A stretch of DNA of 64,000 bases from Balanoglossus misakiensis (lineage: Eukaryota; Animalia; Hemichordata): the NCBI GenBank assembly GCA_040954595.2, contig CM082588.2:3370513-3434512 (forward strand). The letters run 5' to 3'. A model generated the notes under the pieces. That model had not been told where the DNA came from. It ran no database searches and worked only from the letters and a program-made list of their open reading frames with translations. This document shows positions 23,809-42,516 of this stretch, piece after piece (the stretch's first letter is position 1; each line of letters opens with the position of its first letter). Position numbers and translations under genes: made by a program.

Positions 23809-26800
23809 CAAGAGAGTGTTTTTATTGCTGATGATTATATACCGTCATCTGTTATTTCCTCCTCTGTAGAAATGATCAGCTACTTTTTCCTTTTTCGTTT
23901 GCTTCAGAGGAATTGTGTTTGTAAACCAATCTGGATATTGAAATCATGAGTTTAATAATTCGGAACAGAATTATTCTAAAGCTGTTTATTTCTCTGATTG
24001 TAAATTCCTTGCTTATTATTATGATTTCTGCAGATTGTGAATTTTGTCCCTAAATATTTTTCAAGATATGTTTGAATCTTTGTACATGTTTGAAGGAATC
24101 AGTGTTGACTTTGCATTTATTTCTCTTCATCAAGTGTGCTGGTTATTTTCTAAAATGTTCATTCGTAGAAATGAAATAATCATATCAGAATTTTTTTTCA
24201 AATTTTGACTTCATATTAATATATTTGCAAGATTGTTATTCATTTAAAGTGTATACAAAATTGAAATCGTGTGTTTGCGTTAGGCATTCTGATGACAGTT
24301 ACTATGTAGTTTGAGTGTGGGTTTAAATAACATTTTCAGAATATTCACTTCAAGATTTGCTCAATTTTGTATTTTACATAGAACGTATTTCAGTCATTTA
24401 GAATTCAGGTGGCAAGGGAGAACATGAGAAAATGAAATTTTAGGCATTTTTCAGGTGAAAAAAAGTAAGACAAAATTAGGAACTAGTGGTCCAAGGTTTA
24501 TGATTACTATTAGAGGTGCTATAACTGATAGACCTACACTTCTGGTAGTCCAGTGGATGTCCACTCTTTAGTTAACCACCAGAGTATTTCACAGGACCAC
24601 CAGATATACCTTGGTGCAGGATCTGAGGGCCACTGTATAACAAATGGTTTTCCCACCTCTGCATAATTTCTAACTCGACAAAAAATAATCAGACTCAGAA
24701 TTTGTGTGACATTTCACAAAGCACGAGAAATAATAAATGAAATCTAAATGTTCAACTAATGTGAATTTTATGCAAACCTTGCCAAGATAGGTTTCTCAAG
24801 TTTTTTTGACAGACGTCATATGCAAAACTTTTCTTCAATAATATCAATAGAACTTGACGTAGATAGAAATAAATGATGTACAATCAATAAGCAATAAATA
24901 TGGTCTAATATTATCTTTGTCTTCAGTGTGGGAAAATTATAGTTTAGAATGTGTGTGAATCAAAGAAGGAACAACAAAGTAGATGTAGAATGAAAATGTT
25001 GCTAATTTTATTCATCGTTTGGTGGATCTGGTTTGTGAACAAATTTATCAATAAATATATCAGGAGACTAGGATGTTGAAATTAAAGAAATACACGGAAA
25101 TGATAAATCGCTTGAAAAAAAATCCACATTGTCAGGAAAAAAAGCTGAAACATCACCAGGCAGCATATTAAAGCAACGACATGATATGTCTAAAATAAAT
25201 ATACATAAGGTATGAAAAATTGGACATTTGAGGTGTGGTCTATGAAAATACATAAAGTCCCGTTCAGCAACATTGTTTTATTCACCAGCTTGAGGGTAAC
25301 AAAACCATGTTATTTTTGAAAATTCATAGAAATTTACTCTGCAAATGGGCAGAAATCTGCTATATTGAGGATACTCGTACATGTACTGTCAGAGTGTATA
25401 ATTCCTTTGTAGATCAACATTGACTATTCCCTTCGTGTAAAAATTTTTTTTAACACTCTGGAAATAAAAAGAAATGAAATCAATGCGGCATGAGATTTGT
25501 TTGGTTTATGAGGAGTGGGGCTTTTTAATATTTGCCGGCTCTCAGATTGTCTTTTGCTGAAAGGAATCGGGAACTCACTTGAGTGTATCGTAATGGCGTT
25601 ATCGGCAAGTACGTTATAAACATTCCTTCAGAGACGAGGGTAGCCACTATTGCTCAAAGTGTAACTGTTCTTCACTGTTATTATACCCATGACTGATAAC
25701 ATCGCCACCGAGATGAAACAACATCGCCATGGTAACATTTAATGAGGGGTTGCCATGGCGGCGGGGTTGACATTTTGACCCCGCCGCTGATTTGCACTTG
25801 CATGGGCTGAGTATGAATCTACTTTGCGCTTGTCGGTCCGCCGTTGCAAAGGAGTCAACAACAGAAAAATTAGCATTGTTTGCGGGTTCTGCTCAGTGGT
25901 TCTACTTCTTCGTGTAATTGGCGCAAAAAAAAACCCTGCCTTCGCTGAATGCACGCCATAAGAACAAAACTGAGTCCATCAAGGCATCATTAAACGACAT
26001 TTAAAATCGCCGAAGTGGGCTCCCTTTTTTTTCCCCTTTCCCAAACCGCAAAAAGTTCAAGAGCCAGCAATCAAAATCTGAATAGGTCTATCAGGGGCAC
26101 TAGGCTGCCGTTCTCATCTTGGATGATTCATGACACGGATTCAGGAATGACAAGTTCTCAAAACAAGCGAGACAGGCCTTCTCGAGTGGAATCTGGTGTA
26201 GAATACAAGAGATGTTTGAGTCGGAGATGAACATTGACCAGGATGCTGTGGAGTTGACGAGACTTAGCTCGGCACGCCGGTTGTTTAATCTCGGTCTCGA
26301 TACTGGGCCCCGAAATTCCACCAGACGTGCAGTGCTAAACATGCTTTCATCATCTTTAATTGTCACGATGCATGTGAATTTAGACGCCCCTTGCCTGATG
26401 CTGAGATCACCTCCAAAACAAAAATTGCTGATGCTCCAGACATTACAAGAATATTATAACGCTACAAAATATGTACCAATATGGCAAACCAACCAGGTAT
26501 AACATAACAGTGGATGCAAAATTGAGAAATATTGTCACGGCAACAAAATACACATAAGTTACAGTGGTGGGTATTAATGTGTGATATTTACAGAAAAAGA
26601 AATTTGATAAAAAATGTATTTTAAAATTCCTCTGGGCTAAAAACTGAACAATGCTTGTTGGGTTCAATTCAGCCCCAGGAGTATGATGTGTTTGTTTGTT
26701 ATTAATGTTTACCAGTGTCACCACTGTCGTCTGTCAAATGTTGGAAAGATTTCTAATTTTACAATATTTTCTGAAATTTTTGTATGCTTACACTAGAACT

Positions 26801-27721
26801 TATATACAGACCTTTATAATCAAGTTCACCCCCTTTCCCCCTGCAAATATCAAGCACTGATGATGGGGGATATATATGATGTGGAAATCATTTAAAAAAT
26901 AAAAAAAGAATACTGTGCGATATCTTAATAAATACAGTAGGAAACATATGTTTCTTTTTTACGTCAATGTGACCAGAAGATCTACATGCATGTTACTATA
27001 GCAACAGATATGATGTCATGCCATCAGGTCTTTTTCTTGAAAAAAAAACATTAAAAGATACGCAAAATAGTAAAGTTTATTGCAACTGTGTTTTCTAACT
27101 TTGGCACTGGATTTTGATTCTTGCTACAAGTACACCGAACGCTTTTATGTACTCTGTGTTTTAGCACTTTTTATTGCTATCTCAGCAAAACACTCCACTC
27201 TACATATTTTTGTATATGGCCTGCTAAATTGTTAAAATTAAATTGCCAGTTTTTGAAAAGAGCAATATCTGTCTTTGATCGTCACCTCGAATCCACAGCT
27301 AAGCTTTTTCAGTACAAAGTGGACATTTCATGCTATTCGTGCCAAGACTTTGTGTTCATTGTTTGGTCACTATGAATTAATGTGTAAGACAATAATTTCA
27401 AAATTCTGACAAAAATAGAATAGCTTTCCTATTTCAGTACACACTTGACATATTCACTCCCCGACCCTAAACACCATTTAAAACATTTAAGTGATTTTTT
27501 TTAAAGAACGACACTTATCATACATGTATAATGACTTGTATTGCACTGCACTCACTCGCAAAAATACAACTCAAATTTGAGACTTGATAAAAACTATTTG
27601 CACTGGTCAAAGAGAGAAATACATGTACATATACAGCAATAGATGGGTCTGGCAGGGAACCGCAGAAGTCTGCAAGACACTGTCCATCTCATACTCCAAA
27701 AGCTTAGCATTCACACGACTC

Positions 27722-27815
27722 TTAACCCTTCCACCCCCCAGTTCCCTCTTTGGACGTCCAACCGTACCATAGAAAAAAATGGGCTTGGACTAAACCATGG
27801 TGGTGAATGGGTTAA
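27722..27815 (-). mobile_element. MITE copy 5 (inverted, intact TTAA target duplication)
   Basis: TTAAcccttccacccccc...tggtggtgaatgggTTAA is the reverse complement of the family; lies downstream of the sim stop. Confidence 0.82.
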
Positions 27816-28615
27816 ATCAAATGACAGCATTTTAGCTCCTGAATCTAATAACAGATGGTGACTATACACTGTACGTACAGCTGTGTGTGTTGTATATGGA
27901 TGCAAGGATTGGAAGAATTCAGGCAAAGAACTGCAGCACCAACAGAAAACATTTGCATGGCCATGTACCAATGTGATTGGCCAGACGTTCACTTTATAGA
28001 GGTGGCCACTAACACAGGTTTGACTGTGGTGTTTGTAACAAACAGGTTTCATGTCCACACACATATATAGCTCTGTTGGTATTGCTGTTCCTTCAGATGC
28101 TGGAATTATCAAACTTTTTAGAAAATTGACCTGGCAACCACCTGTGTGATGGGCTTGCTGACATCCCAGTTTGCTGTGTTCCAAGACAGACATTAAAAAA
28201 CACAAAAAATATAATACTGCCATGCTTGCAAACTCTGAAATGTTCTCACTACAAGATATTTCCCACAAACTGCCAGCAGCCTCGATCAAAATTTCACAAA
28301 ACAAATCGCCCTTTTTCTTGGGAAAGTTTAAAATCTGTGACAGTCTAACGATTGGAGTCTACCAACCTGTCCACCAGTACAATTATTATCAAAGACAAAT
28401 ACTCTACAAAGCTGATTTAATCTGTTTGAAATATTTAAATAGATATACTATAAATTAAACTTTTAAAAAGCACTTTTTGCTGATTTCAGTCGGGTGGGAA
28501 TGATTCTGCTAAAAATGGATAACCTGTTTGAACCCTCACGAGGAGGGTCTAATTTTAAGTACGAAAAGCAGAAAAGCGGCCAGTTTGATAAAAAACAGCC
28601 ACCGGTTTTGGGTGA

Positions 28616-35045
<6,430 letters not shown>

Positions 35046-37707
35046 CTGCAAGAAACAGAGGGTTTGATTGGTTATTCACACTTCAATAAAACCGAATAAC
35101 ATTTCATGTTATTTTAATCAGCAAATTTCAGGAATTTGAGGATTTTGGCATAGTTCTAGATACCGGTTGATAAAATGTGGACATTCCAATTTGTTTCTAG
35201 TATGTGTATGTCTGTGGTTGTTGTCATTGTTACGTGGTGGTGTATGTGATGACGGCGACTGTACGATAAATTTGCCCGTCGGAGAGAATAAAAGCGTCAT
35301 CTCTCCTGTTAGCATTTTGGCCTATGTTGCAAGGTTTCTTAGAAGACATAAACCTTACTTGTCTACCTTCCCCAAGTCTCCCCCCCCCTCCACCCCATCT
35401 CTCTCTCAAAGCAGGCCCTCTCTTAGATACCAGGGGTCGCTCTCAGAGTCAGGCCATACAAATACGAGACACTCAGCGTGACAGCACAATACGCCAGTAA
35501 AACAGTCGTCATAGCAACACCCACCCAGACACGCGGTTTATCAGTTTATATCAGACATCATTTAACAGTTTGAACAAATTAATCCTGACACTTCTCAGAC
35601 CATCATCATTAAATCGCTGAAAAGCGAGGGCCATAAAAGTTGAATGCAAACACTTGTAGAAATAGTTGAAGCTATTGATGGTTTCCATATTGAGTGAGAA
35701 GTGACCATGGCGGCCATCTTGTTAACTACTAGTATAAGCAATTCGGCTTTCAATTTTCATTTACTTTGCTGTTTTATTTTAGCGTTAAAAATAAATCAAA
35801 GAAAAATGGGTGATAATATAGACAATTTTTGTTCTGAAAATAAAATATTTCTCTTCGCCTCTCTCGTCCTTGCGTGGAACGATCGAATGAGGCTCTGGGG
35901 AATATCTTGACGCGTCGTTCAACAAATTTGTCAGCCCGCCGGTGAAATAAGATTATATTCACGTGTGTTTCGTGGTTGTTTACGGTGGTAAATTTACTAG
36001 TGGATTATTGTCAACGTTCTGCAAATTTAGCTTTCTTGGGGTTCCTACCGACTGTTGGTTATGCTCAGCGAGACGAAAAATCGCGTCGGGCACACGGGGA
36101 AATTTCTCGCCAAATTTACTCCACCACAATTTGTAATCCCTGAAAGTCATTTTTGTCGGGAAAAGTGGGTGTTTGGACACAAAGCGAGAACACCAAATGT
36201 TTATAGTGTCGTTTACGGTGCATCGAGAAGTGTGCAGAATCTCGAGATCGGCGGCTTGGATACAAGGTCGACAGAACACCCATAATAAGTGTGGTTAGAA
36301 ACGCATTCAACGTTGCGGAGAAGAAGAAGAAAATATTCGGCCTGCAGTTGCATGTACATCGACAGTTCTTATCAGCAGTTTTAAAAACTGTATCCTGTTT
36401 CATCCAAATACTAAAACGAATAATATACATAAGAGAAGACATTCTAAATGAAAATATATACCATGTGAGGAGACAGGATTTGACACAATATGGCGCATCG
36501 AAATAGAACAGTTACACAGCAGTAAATGTCCATGTTTAAGAGTTTAAACGGTGTCACTAGTAAATCAAGGCTTTTATGGTCTTTAAGCTGCCCTGCCATA
36601 GATTAAATCTGACTTTCTAAACGTAGACTTTCACAAAGCTAAAAACATGCGAACGCTGCTCAGCTCGAGCTCGTCTTCGTTACAACCAATATTTTGTGGA
36701 TATTCTGTTGGGAATTAATGGATGTGGACAATTTCAGATGTTCTAGTATCATCGTTGTTATAATTCTGTTGATATCAATAAAAATGTCAGCATATTGATT
36801 TAATTGTTTTAAACATTAGATTTTTTCCGGGCAGACGACAGACATGTTTTGCAAAATGGCGGTCATGGAAATACTAAAAACCGAGTACATTCGCGTCACA
36901 TCTGTAAAACTAATGCGACCTACCAAGTTGTCGCTGCTGGATGAAGGAATGCGTTGGTAGGGCAATGGTATGAACATCTGTTTTCGGAATGTAATGTCCG
37001 CCCAGAAACGACCATTTAAACGTGGAAGAAAGAAAAAAATGCAAAAATATATCAGATTGTGGGGAGGATAGGGGGACTATTTTCACAACTCAATCGTTGA
37101 TGAGTAGCTCTACGATTCCAACAAAAAACTGACGGTGTCGCGCGTGCTGACGGAAAAAAGATAAACGCGGCGCTGTTCTTCCTTCTGGGCCCATCGGTTT
37201 GACGGCCGGCGAGTGCAAATTAATCGGCCCTCTGGTCAACTTTGACTAACGCGTCTCATAAATTTGAACTTCTGCTTTCGGGAAATTTCGCATCTATCTT
37301 TCGCGCTTGTCGACGATACTGATACCTACGTGCGTGTAAACATGTTTTGATTGGTGGCAAATAGTTCGGGCCACCGTATGGGACGTACGGAGCATTGTTG
37401 CACAGTGTCGTAATCACAATACATTTCATCGCCTACCAGCAGTGCTTCATGAAAAAATATTAATAGAATATCATAAATAAGTATCAAATATAATTTCAAA
37501 AATAACTCAGCCATACGTATTTCCTTTACCAGTTGCTTGGATTTTATTATGAAAAATTATAATTTATCCTTTCCGCCGACGTCTGTTGTTTCCGATAACA
37601 TGCGGGTTAGATGCTCTGACGAGTAATTAATCATTTGGGCAAAATATAAAATTCTATGATTTACGAAACAGGAATTCTACTTTGAGGTTGAAGGTCAGCG
37701 GCACTTT

Positions 37708-37713
<6 letters not shown>

Positions 37714-37749
<36 letters not shown>
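37714..37749. repeat. (TC)n microsatellite
   Basis: Uninterrupted TC run of about 18 units. Confidence 0.9.
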
Positions 37750-37751
<2 letters not shown>

Positions 37752-37982
37752 CCTATCCCCTTGAGGACGTATAGCGAACGCAGACCTATTGCGTGGACTT
37801 AACACCTGGTCAACAACCAATCAGATACCGCTAATGCTATTGCCGCGATTTTACAGATCAACACAATGACTGAAATTACCCCAAACTCTGCACAACGACC
37901 AATAGATCGTGCAGGCATAGCATACTCACTACACCAACGACATAAAACCACAATACTTGTAAAGTACACATGCCAACATACG

Positions 37983-37995
37983 TGACCCTTGACCT
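37983..37995 (-). promoter_or_regulatory. DR1 nuclear-receptor element
   Basis: TGACCCtTGACCT on plus = AGGTCA-a-GGGTCA on minus. Confidence 0.35.
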
Positions 37996-40900
37996 GTCAC
38001 ATATAACCTATGGCCTGTAACTTAAAGCGCATCTGTCCAGGTCAACACTGGCGACCACACGTAAGTTAGACGCGACGCAATAAACAAAATGGCATGCCAC
38101 AGTTACATGCAAATTTTAGGTCGTCAATGCCCAATAAAAAACTCCGTTCGACCTTATTCTCTCTGACGGTAATAAAACAGAACGTATGGATTGTAGAGCT
38201 CTGACCGTGAAAGCGGTGTTGGACTGTGGGGAATTTAAATAACGTTCACAAAAAAATGTAAATTTCGGTGAAAAAGTACGAGTAGTAAAAAGGTGTCATT
38301 TAAAACAAAATTAAAATTAAAGTATAAATCGTGCGAAAACTCGCCAACGCAGAGTGAACAACGCAAAAGGTGAAGCGTTGTTGTAAGAGTCTGCCTCTTT
38401 TTGCCGATGACCACTTTTTGACCAGGTCGACATCAGAAAGCAAACGTCAGTGCGCATGGTTTTCTACACGTCTGCCAACCGCCAAGCATCCAGGAACGGA
38501 CGTTGGGTGTGCAATGATATACGGGTGTATGTGTGTATTCGAGTGACGGTTTATTTGTGCGGCCACTAATACCGATGTATTAACGCGCAGATCAATTACA
38601 ATCTGCTTACACTTCAACCGTTATCTTATCTCCGCGATCTAAACGAGATGTTTATGGTACTTTTCACACTTCTGCCAAGTCCCCCCGGGACAACATTTCA
38701 ACAACCCGCTCCGTCCAACGGATGCATGATGGATGGGGCGCGCCGCCCGGCTCTCGGTAGGCATCTTAATCAGAAGCCAACGCCGGGCCGGGAAGATCCC
38801 GTCGAACAGACCGATCTTTCCGACGTATGCGGGTTGCTGAAACGGGGTTTTTGATTTCCTTTTCAGCGGGCTAGGCTTGATTTACTCCGATACAGTGATG
38901 TATGACCTCGGTTCGCCATTATTTAAAGGCACAAAACTCGGCTAAACAAATGCTCGTTCAGAAAGAACAGGCCGCGGGAATAAACTCAGATTGTTGATGA
39001 CAACGCATCGATTGGCGTAATGCGACAGGCGTGCGAGATGATACAGTAATTACACACAGCCAATTAACCAATTATCTCTTATCTATTCTATTAATAAACA
39101 CCGTGCGTAACGACTGTCAATTATTATTCTTATATATCGCGTTGGTCAATCAGCCATTTTCATCGAAATCCGTTTTGTCCTTCACTTGATAACACTGTTC
39201 AATGCAAAGAATAAAAAAAAATAACAAGACCAATGCCGAGAAATATTTATGTTGAAGTACGACTCGGTCAAGGGGGGAATCGAGCCATCATCACTGTTTG
39301 GCTAGTTAATTTACATTCTTACAATTATGATTAGCCAAATATTTTCAGCACACCTGGAACAGGTGGACCACACCACGTGCGATTGGCCAAATACGCTCTG
39401 CACTCTTGGAACAGGTGTGCAACGTAGACGTTCCAATTTACGTTGACCCGAGTCTTGAGTGTCTGTCCGCATCTCCGGCATGGCGTGTCTCTGAACCACG
39501 CCATTGCACAAGAAATTCGCGAAGATTCGTTTGCAGGCACAGAGAGTAAACGAAGGAAATACACCGCACCATTTACTGTCAAGGTAAACGCAGGGGAACC
39601 GAAAACAGGACACAAGGAACGGACAAGACACTACCAGGGCTAAAATTGGCCGCCGAGAGATTTGTACCTTCATGGAGACGGCGCTGCGTGAAGCGAAGGT
39701 GATGGTGGAATTTATTAGTCGCCCATTGTTGTGGTCGTCGACAACACACCGTGATGACAAACCGCAAAAACCACATGGAACAAATCATTTCATTCGGTGA
39801 GCAAAATAATGGTTTTCAGTTACAAGTCCAGTCATGTAGACCTTTGACTTTAAAATTAGTTCGTATTCTGCTAAAATGTTCTTATCGCTTTTGTTTTACT
39901 GGCATAAATTAGGTGGTACTAGAAAACAGAAAATATAAAATTGACTCGACCCTTAAACGTCTTTGACACAAAACATGGTCTGCATATAAGCATTTTTTAT
40001 TCAATTGGTTCAAAGTAAATTTATATGGAACCATCGACGAAAGGTGCTACTATTCAATGTGTGTCGCACAGGCGATATTGTCCCAAGTTTTGGCAAACGC
40101 TGCATTGGGGAATACGAATTCTGTAGTCTGTCCGAATTTTGGCTAGCAGGACACTTTGTAAATTGTTCTTTCTATTTTCCAGCTACAACGGTGATGGGTA
40201 CATTGTAAGGTGCAGCCAGGGCCATGCACCTGTCTGGCCCGTGTGGTCCGAGTCACCCACATCGTCTTGTGCAGGGCTGACGACGATTTCCTGCCGGAGG
40301 CCAATTGGTCATCCCCGTTGGATCCGTGAATGGCCATGGACTTGTGCGCGCTAACCTCTCGGTTCCCAACATGTTCTCCGCTATGGGGGCATAACACGTG
40401 GGCAGAAGCAAGCGGTTCTTGATAGTTCGTTATTTACACCCATACACGGCGGTGACACAAAACGCTGACGGGGGAGAAAGAGAACTCGAGTTACACCTGA
40501 ACGGAGAGGCGCTCAACGGAAAGCACCGAACAATTGGTCCCAAACTACGCGTACAGCAAAGCCGTAAGTTTTTTCTGCCTTTTATTTCGGCCGCCAGGGT
40601 ACGCGATTTCTTGAGGGTCTTTTTAAACCCTCTTGTTATCGCTGCCAATATCAGGTGTCCCCCGTATCCACCTACTATAAACACAATTCGTCATGGATAC
40701 GTCCAGTGCTTAATTGAATGTAAACTGACCGTATCCGTGTTGAATCGGTATCAAGCCAGCCGAGCTGTAGCACACTTTCTCTTGGGGGAGTGCAAAACAG
40801 AAATTATATAGGCATTCTATACAGGTTGACCAGATCGCTTCGGTTTCTACCACTTAAGCTCCCAAGTGCTCTCCCGTTTTAGCAGGGATTGGGAGAAGAA

Positions 40901-42499
40901 GAAAAAACACTAGAGCGGGTAACAACACGCCAGGGGTGACGAACGCGTAGTTCTTTTACATGTGTTCGGGTTACTGGTAACAATTGGTATAGGGCACGTT
41001 TGGAAGATTTATACACGGAGCCCCGGAAAAGGTCGCCGAGGGATGGGCTGGCTAGGTTTTCAATTACCATAGAGCGTATTTGAGCAGAGTTGATGCATTT
41101 CGTATGTAGATATATTATTAGGTCGGGATGGGAGGACCTTTTTTCACAAGGTTTTAGAATAGCAAGGTGTTTTTCAGCTCTCTCTCTCTCTCCCTCCCTC
41201 TCACACACACCTACTCTTTGCAGAGTTGAGGGAGGGGAGGGGAGTAAGACCTCACTTTCGCGCGTCCAAACGAGTGACGCATGTTAATTAGGTGCAAAGT
41301 GGCCCCCGCTATTGATTATCACGGCGCTGAGTGTTGTGTGTAAAAGAGGTGAAGTAACCGATATCCTTGCGCCCGCCGCCGCTTTCAATACCCCCATCCG
41401 GGTCCTTACTGCCACAGATGGCTGCCGAGAAAAACCTAATCGAAGCTGAGAAGTTTCAAACCCGTCAAAAGGCGCTAGCGTTAGGTCAGGTCCTGTAACA
41501 TATAAAGACGTTGGCGAGCTTCCCCCCTCCCTATTTTCAGGTCCCTGGGGGAGGGGGAAAGACAAAAAACTGCGCCGGTAGAATGTAGAACTTCACGGGG
41601 AAGAAAGCTCGTTGCTTCGCCTTGAAACGGACAGTAATTTATACGCTAGGTGACAAGTGCTGGGCTGGATCAACAAACAAACAGACCAAATGACAAATAA
41701 ACAGTAAATGCGTGTAATTGTAGGGTTACAAATTATTTGGTGTACCGGTAAGTTTACACCAACATATGGAAACTATCTGTCACGAAATAGATCCCTCGCT
41801 TTCGTTTTTTTTATTGGGCAGCTCCAACTACTGTGTTTTCTCCGTGAGGGCAGTTTCTACGGCCACACTCCCCGATAGGCGATACTGATTGGACGTTGTG
41901 CATGTGGAGTCCCCCGTGGTCTGATTCTGATTTGTGCTCACACATGGACAAATGTGCTACCGTAGTTCACATCGCAAACCACGGTCACTCCACACAGAAA
42001 GCGGATAACGTCGCGTTCATCAGCCTCACCGTGCGACACTAGCAACACCCTGTATAATTACACGTTTGTGCAAATGTTTGATTTTTTTATCCGCTCATCC
42101 GCGAAATCGGCGAGAACTTAAGCGCATATTCAGGCGCTTTCCCCCGAAATTATACTTAGTTTTGATAAAAAATTCTAAACGCGAACATTCCAAGCTTTTC
42201 CGACTATGCCACATGAATTATGGCACACCCGTGCCCGAAAATACCACCACAACTGCAAGCTGGATCCGTGAAGGAGGAACGACCGGTATATACACGAATG
42301 CCTGCAGGGTTATAGCGGGCAAGTGAGCGGTCACTTGGTTTATTTGCGCGGCGAGGGAACGTAACCGATACGAGGGGGCGAGAATTCATCACGTGTGCCC
42401 ACACTATGTTGCGTTTGTCAGTCAAATAACACTTTTTAAAAAAGTGAATATTACATTAGGGAGCGCAAATATTGATCAGCAAGACGTACAAATGTTGTA

Positions 42500-42516
42500 A
42501 GGTCATTATGAGGTCA
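42500..42516 (+). promoter_or_regulatory. Perfect DR5 nuclear-receptor element (RARE-type)
   Basis: AGGTCA-ttatg-AGGTCA. Confidence 0.45.
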
